Source: an uncultured delta proteobacterium (GTDB taxonomy: Bacteria > Desulfobacterota > BSN033 > UBA1163). From it: a DNA stretch of 64,000 bases. Positions 18,912 to 28,976 of this stretch are shown here, piece after piece (the first letter of the stretch is position 1; every line of letters begins with the position of its first letter). A program made the translations under genes and the position numbers. The stretch is from positions 224,001-288,000 of the forward strand of contig CAVPSJ010000004.1 in the NCBI GenBank assembly GCA_963708295.1, in the 5' to 3' direction. Below the pieces are notes generated by a model. That model was not told where the DNA came from and searched no databases. It worked only from the letters and a program-made list of their open reading frames with translations.

Positions 18912-20320
18912 CCATGTCTACCCACTACCTTTTTCCCTTTTGAAAAAAGCTGAGGGTTTTGGTTTTCGACTTTCTCCTTCCAGGCAGGTTCTGCGATCTC
19001 TCCATAAGCCTGGGAATACTCATCGAGGGACTGCGCAAAATCCGTAAAGAGCTGCTCTGCCCCTTCATGGGTAAAGTACTTCGCATGTTGAAGCGCAAAC
19101 TCCCTCCCCTGCTGAGGGTGGTCGATCAGAGGACAGGACCGAAATAAGTTCTCCGAGAAAGGCTGATGGGATCGCATTTCCCTGAAGAGAGGAGAATTGA
19201 GAGCCTCCATGAGAGACTTCTCTTTGATGTTGTCAGAGGCAAAATGGCAGAAGATACAGGGCTCCACATCTCCTCGGGCATTGACATGAAAGTATTTTCT
19301 CCCCGCAGCAATGCATCCCTGTGTGAGACAGCCATCATTCCAGAAGTCGACAAAGAGCATGGGTTTGGTGGCCCGAAAATAGGCGAGTCGCTCCCTCGCC
19401 CGGCTCCTCTGTTCAGGAGTGACCATGAGGGAGAGATCGGGGTTTCTTCCGATGGGGACGTAATGGAAGTTCCAGTGAAGAATGCATCCCTTCTCTACCA
19501 GAAAATCGACAAAGGCATCGCTCGTCAGGACATCATGATTTCGGGAAGTTTGCGTCGTGGAGACAGCGAAAAAGATCCCGGCTTTTCGGAGCCCGTCCAT
19601 CACCTTCACGATTCGATCGAACTGACCCTTGCCCCTCCTCCCGTCGGTTTCTTCTCTGAGCCCTTCGAGGCTGATCGCGGGAGCGACATTTCCCAGGGCT
19701 ACGAATCGATCGATCATCTTCTCGTCGATCAATGTGGCATTGGTATAGATTTGGAACATCATGTCATCATGCTTTTGGAAGAGGTCGAAAAGATCCTGCC
19801 TCAAGAAGGGTTCCCCACCCGTCATCATGACCAGATGGATGCCCATCTCTTTACACTCTCCCATTAACCGATCCAGCACCTCATAAGGAAGATCTTCTTG
19901 GGAATAGACCGCTGAATAACAACCATAGCAATTCAGATTGCACCGCATCGTCGGGCTGATCAACATGGCGTCCGGCGGATAGAATCCCCTCTCTGCCTCA
20001 AAGGCTTTTCTCCGGTTGGTGCCCACCAGAAGTTGATTGAGGATGAAGTTGGAGATGAGCCTTTTCCGATGATGGGGATGTGTCTCGCTGAGCACCCTTC
20101 GCGCAATCGCCAGACCAAGATGATTGCTCTGGAAGAGAGTGCGAATCCATCGAATCTTCTCCCGATAGGATTCCTTTTTAGGAATCTTCTCTGCAAGATA
20201 AGTGAGACGAATCAAATTTTCCGTGGAAGCGCTGGCCAGCAGAGAAAGAGCGTTCGTTGTAAACTTCTCTATGGAATACCGCTTAGCCCGTTGGTAAAAA
20301 TCCATCTTTTCCCTCACCAC
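18908..20320 (-). CDS. Radical SAM/SPASM-type protein
   Basis: ISPTMRCNLNCYGC, MTGGEP, YTN, GCIAAGRKYFHVNARGDVEPCIF, RSCPLID; start may be 20317 or 20305. Confidence 0.9.
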   Translation of the reverse strand: MVREKMDFYQRAKRYSIEKFTTNALSLLASASTENLIRLTYLAEKIPKKESYREKIRWIRTLFQSNHLGLAIARRVLSETHPHHRKRLISNFILNQLLVGTNRRKAFEAERGFYPPDAMLISPTMRCNLNCYGCYSAVYSQEDLPYEVLDRLMGECKEMGIHLVMMTGGEPFLRQDLFDLFQKHDDMMFQIYTNATLIDEKMIDRFVALGNVAPAISLEGLREETDGRRGKGQFDRIVKVMDGLRKAGIFFAVSTTQTSRNHDVLTSDAFVDFLVEKGCILHWNFHYVPIGRNPDLSLMVTPEQRSRARERLAYFRATKPMLFVDFWNDGCLTQGCIAAGRKYFHVNARGDVEPCIFCHFASDNIKEKSLMEALNSPLFREMRSHQPFSENLFRSCPLIDHPQQGREFALQHAKYFTHEGAEQLFTDFAQSLDEYSQAYGEIAEPAWKEKVENQNPQLFSKGKKVVGRHG

Positions 20321-20985
20321 AAAAGACTTCGAAGAAAGAGTTTACAAACCATCCAGGTATCGGTCACCGGCCTGAAATGGCTGGAAGAAGTTCCATCGAC
20401 TTTTTGCGTATTGATAGGAACAGATAACACACGGAATCCTTTTTTGCAAGCTTTAATCAGGAGTTCCAACTCTGTCTCGAATCGAGACGTGGTGAGGTCA
20501 ATCTTCTCCAATACCTCTCTCCGAATGAGCCGAAAACCGGACTGACTATCCGTAATATCCGAATGGCAAAGCCGTGCAACTGCCTTTACGCCCAAGCGAT
20601 TCCAGAAGCGACGGAGGAAGGTCATCTGCCCGAATTTTGCGGCCCGGGAGGCGATGAGGATATCGGGCTTGACATTTTGAAACACCTTAAGCAGGAAGGG
20701 AATGTCGGCAGGATCATGTTGACCGTCGGCATCCAGAGTGATGACCACCTGATAGTCCTTCCGGAGGATAGATTCAAACCCCGTCCGAAGGGCGGCCCCC
20801 TTTCCAAGGTTAAGGGGATGTTTCAAGAGTTGAACTCCATGTTCTGAAGCCACCCTCCCCGTCTCATCCGAGGACCCGTCATCGACGACAAGGGTATCGA
20901 CCCTGAGAGGTTCAACCTTATTCAGGACGGAACCAAGGGTCCATTGGGCATTATAAGCAGGAATGAGGACACAGATTTTATCCAA
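20314..20985 (-). CDS. Glycosyltransferase family 2 (DPM-synthase-like)
   Basis: IPAYN, VDDGSSD, NLGKGAA, LDADGQH, DSQSGFR. Confidence 0.93.
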   Translation of the reverse strand: MDKICVLIPAYNAQWTLGSVLNKVEPLRVDTLVVDDGSSDETGRVASEHGVQLLKHPLNLGKGAALRTGFESILRKDYQVVITLDADGQHDPADIPFLLKVFQNVKPDILIASRAAKFGQMTFLRRFWNRLGVKAVARLCHSDITDSQSGFRLIRREVLEKIDLTTSRFETELELLIKACKKGFRVLSVPINTQKVDGTSSSHFRPVTDTWMVCKLFLRSLLW

Positions 20986-21060
20986 GATGGGCCCCTACCG
21001 TCATTCCGGTTTCTTTATGCACGCTGCCTGTCTCAGCAGTGGAACAGACCTAAAAATATA

Positions 21061-21098
21061 AGTTTCAAATGTCAAATTTCAAATGTCAAATGAATGTC
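21061..21098. repeat. Heptamer tandem array
   Basis: tttcaaa-tgtcaaa-tttcaaa-tgtcaaa abutting ATP-grasp stop. Confidence 0.7.
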
Positions 21099-22260
21099 AT
21101 CTTTCCAGAAAACGTTTCATCTCCGGGTCATAGAGAAAAGTAAAAAAGGTTGCTACCGATCCAAAGAATGGAAGCGGATCATCTTTTGAAATGACGTCAT
21201 AGCAGGTGTTGGGGTCAAAGAAATCGAAGAAGGAGGGATGAAGATGAAAACGATCAGGGTTTTTGAAAAAATGAAGAAGATCGCCCAAAAGAAGCCACCG
21301 AAAGCGTTTTCCCGCCGCATAGTGAAGAACGGGCTCGAAACTTTCCCTCTTGGCCATCTTCAAAATCAGATACGGGAAATCGACCCCGGAGGCAATGGCC
21401 AGTTGCAAGGACCCCCAAAAACGAGGGTTGACCTCCATCAGTTTTGGAATCCCATCCCTGGGGTCGAGTTTGAATTCGGCCATGCCCACACCGACCCAAC
21501 TTAAAGACTTAAAGAGGGAAAGGCCCATTTCCATCAGCTGAGAATGTTCAACCCCTTCCCCAAGTGTACTGGGACCTCCCTGAACGGGATACATCCTCAA
21601 CTTCCTATGAACAAAGGCAGCCTTCACTTTTGAAGTCTCATCGTAAAGGGCAGAGAAACCGTAAATCCCCTCTCCATCCGGAATCCATTCCTGGACAATT
21701 GGAAAAGGAAATCGCTCGTGGACCCTTCGATAAGACGAAATAAGATCCTCCTTTTTTTTCACGTAGACAATACCGAGCGATCCTGAACTCACCCGGGGCT
21801 TGATGACTGCTGGGATAGGGATAGAATCGAGGGGGAGGCTGGGGGATGGAGGCATATAAAATGTTTTCGGCGCAGGAATCCCTGCTTTCTCCGCAAACTG
21901 CATCAGATTTCCTTTATCCCGAACAAATTCAATTTTCTTCAAATCAGGGCTGAGAAGGTAAGTATACTGGGATATCTCCGGGTGATGTTTCGCCAGTAGA
22001 AGCAGCGTCTCCTCCTCCATAGGAAAGACGCAATCGTAATGGTTCTTCTTAATCTCTGTGAGAAAAAATTCAATAAATTGATTTGGGGTTTGTCGCGGGG
22101 AAGGGTAGACGAGACGCCCGGCACAATACTTTGAGAAGAAGGAGGTATTGAGGCGTGTTCGCTCTCCTACGGTAACCTGGACTCCTTTCCGACCCAGAGA
22201 TCGAACGACGGCCAATGTTTTTCTGAAGTGCCCATCGGTGACCAGAACGCGCATTTTCAT
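21097..22260 (-). CDS. ATP-grasp (carboxylate-amine ligase-like) protein
   Basis: DKGNL, VIKP, IVQEWIP, AEFK, LMEVNPRFWGS. Confidence 0.9.
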   Translation of the reverse strand: MKMRVLVTDGHFRKTLAVVRSLGRKGVQVTVGERTRLNTSFFSKYCAGRLVYPSPRQTPNQFIEFFLTEIKKNHYDCVFPMEEETLLLLAKHHPEISQYTYLLSPDLKKIEFVRDKGNLMQFAEKAGIPAPKTFYMPPSPSLPLDSIPIPAVIKPRVSSGSLGIVYVKKKEDLISSYRRVHERFPFPIVQEWIPDGEGIYGFSALYDETSKVKAAFVHRKLRMYPVQGGPSTLGEGVEHSQLMEMGLSLFKSLSWVGVGMAEFKLDPRDGIPKLMEVNPRFWGSLQLAIASGVDFPYLILKMAKRESFEPVLHYAAGKRFRWLLLGDLLHFFKNPDRFHLHPSFFDFFDPNTCYDVISKDDPLPFFGSVATFFTFLYDPEMKRFLER

Positions 22261-22341
22261 ATTTCGGAATGCGGATTTCGGAATGCGGATTTAGAATCTT
22301 CGTTTTACATTCCGAATTCCGCATTCCGAAATCCGAAATTA
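22259..22341. repeat. Inverted heptamer array
   Basis: atttcgg-aatgcgg-atttcgg-aatgcgg / ccgaatt-ccgcatt-ccgaaat; fills radC / ATP-grasp spacer. Confidence 0.85.
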
Positions 22342-23028
22342 CATCAATCCTTCGTCAGCGAGACTCTGATAACGCTCTCCTGCCAGAATGATATGATCAT
22401 AAACCTTAATCCCCAGAAGCCGGCCTGCCTCTACTAATTGCTTGGTGATCCGGAGATCCTCTTCGCTGGGGCTCGGATTTCCACTCGGGTGATTGTGGAT
22501 CAAGATGATCCCTGAGGCAGGCTCCAGGATGGCTTCCCGAAAAACGTCTCTGGGGTGAACAATGCTCGCCTCGAGTGTCCCTTCGGAGACGGTCACGTCC
22601 CGAATGAGCCGATTCGCCCGGTTGAGAAGAAGGATCTTAAAAACCTCTTTCCTCAAATCCCTCATCAAGGGGAGATAGTGGTTTGCCACATCCGAAGATC
22701 GCTTAAAAACCCCTCCGGAATCATCTCTCTGGGATTGAGTCCTTCTCGTCAATTCAAAGGCGGCACAGAGTGTGGCCGCTTTGGCAGATCCGATACCCTT
22801 CACCTTCATCAGCTCCGAAGGCGAGCGCGAAAAGAGTTTGTGAAGGGATCCGTATTGATCCAGGAGTTCCCTTGCCAAATCAATGGCTGTTTTCTTTCTT
22901 GTCCCTTTTCCGAGTAAAATACCCAAGAGCTCTGCTTCGCTGAGGGGTTGGGGACCATGCTGAAGAAGCCTTTCTCTGGGTCTCTCCTTCTCGGGCCATC
23001 GCGTAATCTTATAAGAGGATTCGGCCAT
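22339..23028 (-). CDS. radC: RadC family JAB/MPN protein
   Basis: ERPRERLL, HhH KGIGSAKA, VHPRDVF, HNHPSG.PSPS.ED, DHII. Confidence 0.95.
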   Translation of the reverse strand: MAESSYKITRWPEKERPRERLLQHGPQPLSEAELLGILLGKGTRKKTAIDLARELLDQYGSLHKLFSRSPSELMKVKGIGSAKAATLCAAFELTRRTQSQRDDSGGVFKRSSDVANHYLPLMRDLRKEVFKILLLNRANRLIRDVTVSEGTLEASIVHPRDVFREAILEPASGIILIHNHPSGNPSPSEEDLRITKQLVEAGRLLGIKVYDHIILAGERYQSLADEGLM

Positions 23029-23079
23029 GTTTGATGAAGCTCTTCGTTTTTGCCATGGGAAGATTTCCGGACACGCAGT

Positions 23080-23168
23080 GGCGAGCCGGATGCGAGCAAA
23101 AGAAATACCTTTTTAAGGGTGTGCCCCTTCGCCCCGCTCCTCCCGCTTTGGCGGGACGGCACTCGCCG
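23080..23168. repeat. MITE-like IR containing TCCCGCTTTGGCGGGA palindrome
   Basis: GGCGAG../..CTCGCC ends; inner palindrome also at 25407 and 38822. Confidence 0.5.
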
Positions 23169-23169
23169 G

Positions 23170-23946
23170 TCAAGTGGAAGCTGAAGACCCGACCTTGTTC
23201 CCATCCCCTTCGGAAGGAGCCGGCCCGGACTTCTTCCCAAAGATTCTGGAAAGTAGGATGCTTAGCTCGTAGAGCGCCATGAGAGGAAGGGCCATGATCA
23301 CCTGAGAGATGAGGTCAGGAGATGGGGTGACGGCCGCAGCAACGACAAAAATCAGGAGAATGGCGTATTTCCTCTGCCGGGCCAACATCTTTGCATCAAT
23401 GATTCCAATCTTAGCGAGGAGGACTAAGACCACGGGAAATTCGAAAACCAGCCCGAAGGCCAGTAAAAACTTGATGCTGAAGGAGAGGTACTCCTTCATG
23501 CTCGGCATGGGTTTGATGACGTCGGTGGCATAACCTAAAAGAAATTTAAAACCGACTGGAATGGCAACAAAATATCCAAAGAGAACCCCCACGGCAAAAA
23601 AGAGCGAACCACCGAGGACAAAAGGAATCACGTATTTTTTCTCTTTTTGATATAGACCCGGGGCGACAAACGCCCAGATTTGATAGAGGAGGAAGGGAGA
23701 GGTCAGGATCACACTCGCGATGAAGGCCACCTTCATATAGGTAAAGAAGGCTTCTGCGACGCTGATGAATATTAAGGATCCTCCCTTGGGCATCACATTT
23801 AGGAGAGGTGCGGCGAGGATGTCGAAGATCGAATCGGCGAAGGCATAACAGAGACCGAAACCTACCCCGATCGCGATAAAGGAGAGGATGAGCCGCTTCC
23901 TCAGTTCCTGGAGGTGAGAGGTTAAGGGAAGTTTCTTCTCATCCAT
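23170..23946 (-). CDS. tatC: Twin-arginine translocase TatC
   Basis: [47 protein letters not shown]. Confidence 0.97.
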   Translation of the reverse strand: MDEKKLPLTSHLQELRKRLILSFIAIGVGFGLCYAFADSIFDILAAPLLNVMPKGGSLIFISVAEAFFTYMKVAFIASVILTSPFLLYQIWAFVAPGLYQKEKKYVIPFVLGGSLFFAVGVLFGYFVAIPVGFKFLLGYATDVIKPMPSMKEYLSFSIKFLLAFGLVFEFPVVLVLLAKIGIIDAKMLARQRKYAILLIFVVAAAVTPSPDLISQVIMALPLMALYELSILLSRIFGKKSGPAPSEGDGNKVGSSAST

Positions 23947-24340
23947 GGGAAGGAATACCCTCTTTTGCCCCTTCGGGTTCCTCCTTCTTTTTCTCTTCCA
24001 CCTTTTCCTCTTCAGTCTGGGTGGAAGCCTCTTCAAGGGGTGGCGTCTCTGCGGTAACGGAAGGTTCTGGCTGTGCGGAAGTCACTTCTGCAGCGGGTTC
24101 TAGAGGAGAAATCTGTTCTGCTAAATCGGCCAAGAGCGTTTCATCCGTGAGGGTATGTTTAACCTCTTCCAGGTCCTTCGTCTCAGCTTCAAAGCTTTCC
24201 TTTACCTCTTCGGTAGCTTTTTTGAACTCCCTCATCGCCCTCCCAAAAGCCTTCGCGAGCTCGGGAAGTTTATTCGGGCCGAAAACGATCAGGGCAATCG
24301 CCACAATGATCAACAGTTCAGGAAGTCCGATATTAAACAT
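23939..24340 (-). CDS. tatB: Twin-arginine translocase TatA/TatB subunit
   Basis: [26 protein letters not shown]; acidic tail; overlaps tatC; TatA vs TatB not certain. Confidence 0.85.
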   Translation of the reverse strand: MFNIGLPELLIIVAIALIVFGPNKLPELAKAFGRAMREFKKATEEVKESFEAETKDLEEVKHTLTDETLLADLAEQISPLEPAAEVTSAQPEPSVTAETPPLEEASTQTEEEKVEEKKKEEPEGAKEGIPSHG

Positions 24341-24535
24341 AAATCCTCCTTCAAATTTATATCATAATCTCTCCTTCTATTGCAATGGTCCGCCTTTTCC
24401 CGGAATGTTCCTCAAAGGGTGTATCGCAACTCTATGAAATTAATTCTTTCGTAAACCTCGCCGGTGCAATATAATATTTCTCGGGACTCGTAAGGAATGC
24501 TTGTCGTTGCTGCTTATTGAGATAGCGGAAAATCA

Positions 24536-25342
24536 ATGCACGAATTCGGACTCATTATCAATTTGTCAGTCAGCTTGGTTCTGGCCCTTTTACTGGGCCT
24601 CCTCACCGAACGGTTCCGATTATCGCCGATCGTAGGATATCTGCTGGCGGGCATAGCTCTCGGCCTTCAAACCCCCGGGTTCATCGCCGACCCCAAAATG
24701 GCCCGTGAGTTTGCCGAGATAGGCGTCATTCTTTTGATGTTCGGCCTCGGGCTGCATTTCAATCTCCATAATCTTCTTTCAGTCAGAAAAATTGCGATAC
24801 CAGGAGCCTTTGGACAGATCCTGGTGGCCTCCTTATTGGGTACAGCCGTGACACTGTTATTTGGCTGGCCGACCGGAACCGGCCTCGTGATCGGCATCGC
24901 CATCTCCGTGGCCAGCACGGTTGTTCTCGTACGCATGCTGATGGACAACGATGTGCTCCAGACAAGCCAGGGACAGATCGCAGTCGGCTGGCTTATTGTC
25001 GAGGATATCTTCACTGTCTTTGTCTTGGTTGTTCTGCCCGGCATGAAGGGGATTCTGGGTCTCCACGCAGAAGGTGGGGGAAGTCCGCTCGTTGCTCTGG
25101 CGTTGGCAATCGCCAAATTCGCCGGATTGGGCCTTCTCGTCGTTGGCGTGGGGAGAAAAGCAATTCCGTGGCTTCTCAGCCACGTAGCCCGCACTCGGTC
25201 CCGGGAACTTTTCACGCTTAACAGGTCCATCGAAACGGGCGATCCCCCATCGGTGGATTTCGAGATTTATTTTTACAGAGGGTCGCTTGTCCGAATACGG
25301 AGGGAATTGAGTTTCGTTTTGCGGCATGATATAAGAAAATAA
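24536..25342 (+). pseudogene. Truncated CPA2 cation:proton antiporter (YbaL/KefC-like)
   Basis: SPIVGYLLAG, AEIGVILLMFGLGL, SVASTVV, GWLIVED; similarity ends after RSRELFTL (~25219). Confidence 0.8.
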
Positions 25343-25510
25343 CTCTATCCGCCTTTTCCCGTTCGAGACGGTGTCGTCATCTGATGAAAGAAAGATTTTG
25401 ACGGAATCCCGCTCTGGCGGGATTCGTCTTGCAACGGAAGTGGTTCTTCGTTCATGATGAGACAGCCCCTCGGACGGAGGATGAAGGAAGGGGGTAAGGA
25501 AAAACGGTTT

Positions 25511-26275
25511 ATGGCCATCATTCACACGAATGTACCCTATTCCATGCTGCTTCACCGCATCGATTTTGCGATTCAAAACCAAATCCATCCTGAAATCTAT
25601 TTCAGTGCAGAAGATTTGGACGCCTGCCGTGAGGAGGATCTTCAACGTTTATCCAAGGCCCTCCAGGAAAACCAATTGGAAGTCAGCATCCATGGGCCAT
25701 TCATGGATTTAAGCCCTGGGGGAGTGGACAGGAGGATCAAAGAGGTGACACTCGACCGGTTCTTAAAGACGATCAAACTGGCACATTTCTTCAACCCCAG
25801 GATGATCGTCTTTCATCCAGGGTATGAGAGATGGAAATTCGATGGAAATATCAAGCTTTGGCTTGAGAGCAGTCTTCAAACCTGGAGGCCCGTGGTCAAG
25901 GAGGCAGAAAAGAGGGGGTTGACCCTCGCCATCGAAAATGTTTTTGAGGAGAGTCCCGATCCCATTAAAAACCTCTTAGAAGAAATTCATTCACCCCGTT
26001 TTCGTTTCTGCTTTGACACAGGCCATCACAATGTTTTCAGCAAGACCACCCTCCCCGTTTGGATGGAAGCTTTGGGAGGGTTTCTGAGTGAGGTTCACCT
26101 CCACGATAATCACAAAGAGATGGATGAACATCTCCCTGCGGGAGAAGGGGAATTCGACTTTAGTCAATTCTTTACCCTCCTTTCGCAATTGAACCTGAAT
26201 CCTCTTTACACCCTCGAACCTCATGAAGAAGCCCATCTCTGGAGGGGGCTGAAAGCCGTCAGAAAATACATTTGA
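25511..26275 (+). CDS. Sugar phosphate isomerase/epimerase (AP endonuclease 2 TIM barrel)
   Basis: HGPFMDL, FHPG, AIEN, FCFDTGH, HLHDN..DEHLP.GEG, LEPH. Confidence 0.9.
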   Translation: MAIIHTNVPYSMLLHRIDFAIQNQIHPEIYFSAEDLDACREEDLQRLSKALQENQLEVSIHGPFMDLSPGGVDRRIKEVTLDRFLKTIKLAHFFNPRMIVFHPGYERWKFDGNIKLWLESSLQTWRPVVKEAEKRGLTLAIENVFEESPDPIKNLLEEIHSPRFRFCFDTGHHNVFSKTTLPVWMEALGGFLSEVHLHDNHKEMDEHLPAGEGEFDFSQFFTLLSQLNLNPLYTLEPHEEAHLWRGLKAVRKYI

Positions 26276-26285
26276 TTGCAGATGG

Positions 26286-26331
26286 CACCCTGCCCTCACC
26301 CCCTCGGGGAGAGGGCAGGGTGAGAGGGAAA
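26286..26331. repeat. REP-like GC-rich palindrome (similar copy at 27736-27780)
   Basis: CACCCTGCCCTC..GAGGGCAGGGTG. Confidence 0.65.
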
Positions 26332-26439
26332 TCAGAGGCATCCGGAAAAGAATGACGGCGTTTGTATGAGCATTGTGAACTTATCAGGGGTTTGAATTTT
26401 GAGGTTCTGGATTTCCTGTTGATGAAAAAGGAGGGGTCT

Positions 26440-27700
26440 ATGAAACGTCTGTTCATTTTACTATTTGTTCTTACCCTGCCGGTGGTTCTCATCGTAACGA
26501 ATACATCACCGGTTTCAGCACAACAAACGAAGTCAGCTTTCAAGGTTGAAGATCCGATGGGCGTCGTGAAGGTCAAGCCTGGCGAACCCGTTCACATCGC
26601 TTGCTGGTTCGTTGTCGCAGGTCCGGATGCCTCTTTGGGAACAGATACCAAGCGTGGTGTTGAAATCGCCATTGAAGACAAGGGCGGTAACGTTCTCGGG
26701 TTTCCCATCAAGCTTACCGTTCAAGACACAGGCTGTAACGCCGAAGGGGGTCAGGTGGCTGCAACCAAACTTGCTGCGGACCCGACGATTATAGCAGCGA
26801 TCGGCTCAAGCTGTTCAAGCGAAGCTCGGCCCGGTGTACCGATATTGTGGAGAGCCGGGATCGCTACGGTCTCACCGTCTCCACGTCACCCGATTTGACG
26901 GATCCGACGAAACGAGGCCCAGAGTATGACGGCTATTCTCCGTACCGCTCACAATGATAAAGTCCAAGGCGCAGTAGCGGCTGAGTTTGCTACGGAAACA
27001 ATTGAAAGTCAAGAGGGCAGCGACCATTCACGATGGAAGCATTTATGCTGAACAACTCCAGGCTGTTTTTGCTGAAACCTTCAAGAAACTAGGCGGAACC
27101 ATCACCTCTCAAGAAGCGGTTTCCCCCACCGATACGGATATGCGGCCCGTTCTCACCAAGATCGCCACAGGAAAGCCCGAATTCATCTATTATCCCGTCT
27201 TTATTGCAGCGGGTGGCCACCTCACGCGCCAGGTGAAAGAGGTGAAGGGACTGGAGAAGGTAGCCCTGATGGGGGCGGATGGAATATTCTCCCCGGATTT
27301 CTACAAGGCAGCCGGGGAGACTGCCGTCGGCATGTACCATTCCAGCCCTGACTTTTCCGCTTTTGGTGCAGGCTACAAAACCTTCTTGGAGAGACATCAA
27401 AAGAAATATGGCGAAAAACCCATTGCCCCTTTCCATGCTCATGCCTATGATGCAGCCATGATGATCTTTGCCGCTATTGAGACGGTGGCCAAGAAAGGAC
27501 CAGATGGAACCCTCTTCATTGGCCGAAGGGCTTTAAGGGATGCTCTTTACGCCACGAAAAACTTCAAGGGTTTGACCGGAAATCTTACCTGCGACAAATA
27601 TGGCGATTGCGCTGACCCAAAAATCGCAATCTATCGAACGAGTGCCGAAAATATCAAAAGCTTGGTGCTTCCAGACAAACCTTTTTGGAAGCCTTATTAA
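26440..27700 (+). CDS. livK: Branched-chain amino acid ABC substrate-binding protein (frameshifts ~26880-27000)
   Basis: Signal peptide, DTGCNAEGG, IGSSCSS (first ORF); IHDGSIY, HAYDA, GLTG (second ORF); RTAHND in between. Confidence 0.85.
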
Positions 27701-27833
27701 ATCTAGAAGCAACTCATCCCGATCCTCCTCCGGCCTCCTTACCCTTCCCTTCTCCCTCGGGGAGAGGGATAAGGTGGGGAAAAGGATGAGCACATTTTGA
27801 TGGGCTCGACGATCTTATGGGACGGAAATCCGT

Positions 27834-28894
27834 ATGTTGAAACGTCTGCGAGAGAGGACGACTCCCACCGATGCCGTCATGTGGTTCATCGGAGCAGCCA
27901 TCTTCATTTGTGTGATCTGGGGTTCCACGGCTACTTTATCCGAAGGAAAGTATTCCTCTTACCACTGGTTTGACTTTATCATTTTCGGCCTTGCTCAGGG
28001 AAGTATCTATGCCCTCATCGCCATGGGTTACACCATGGTTTACGGCATTCTCCGAATGATCAATTTCGCTCATAGCGAGGTCTTTATGAGCGGCCCTTAT
28101 ACGGCTTACTACGTCGCTGCGGCCTTTTACTCATCCGGCTTTCTTGATCGCCAGCCTGTTGTCAGTCTGATCATCATCTTCCTCGTCTCCATGGCGACAT
28201 CAACCTTCATCGCTATTCTCCTGGAGCGAATCGCTTATCGCCCCTTGCGAACGGCCCCCCGACTGGTTCCCCTCATCACGGCGATCGGAGCCTCCTTCTT
28301 TCTGCAATATACCTTTCGAGGACTTTACGGTTCCGGCTTCCAGGCTTATCCAGTGGTGAAGATCCTTGAAGGGGAATGGATGTTCGGAGAATTTCGGATT
28401 CTAAAGTTTCAAGCTGCGGTGATCATCGCGGCGGCGCTCTTGATGGCTGCTCTCTACTCCTTTATACAACGTACCCGTATCGGAAAAGCAATCCGATCTG
28501 TCTCGGAAGATAAGGAAACGTCTTCGCTGATGGGGATTAATGTTGACGAATGATCGTGACCACATTTGCCATCGGCGGAATGGCTGCGGGGGCTGCGGGT
28601 GTTTTATATGCGGTGATGTTCAAGCAGGTTCACTTTTTTATGGGTTTTGTTCCGGGGATCAAAGCTTTTACGGCGGCCGTATTGGGCGGCATCGGCAATA
28701 TTCCGGGAGCCATGTTGGGCGGGATTTTTCTCGGTCTCATCGAATCGGTGGGACCTACCCTGTTCCTGGATGGCCTTGGAATTGTCGCCCCTTACCAACT
28801 CAAAGACGCCATTGCTTTTATCCTGCTCGTTCTCGTGCTGATCTTTCGACCCACAGGCATTTTGGGGGAGCGTGTAGCTAACAAGAAAGCTTAA
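27834..28894 (+). CDS. livH: Branched-chain amino acid ABC permease LivH (frameshift ~28547)
   Basis: GSIYALIAMGYTMVYGILRMINFAH; IKAFTAAVLGGIGNIPGAMLGG; RPTGILG. Confidence 0.9.
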
Positions 28895-28896
28895 AC

Positions 28897-28976
28897 AAGT
28901 TCCGAGTGTTGAGTGCGGAGTTCGGAAAATTTCACCTTAGTCACTTTTAACCTTAGGTCACTTTCGTCACTTCACT
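28897..28976. repeat. Short-period arrays in livH-livM spacer
   Basis: agttccg-agtgttg-agtgcgg-agttcgg and tcacctta/gtcacttt repeats. Confidence 0.6.

Noticed and set aside
22339-23028. radC as prophage/ICE marker
   Set aside because: Full-length chromosomal type beside tatC; no integrase or phage genes
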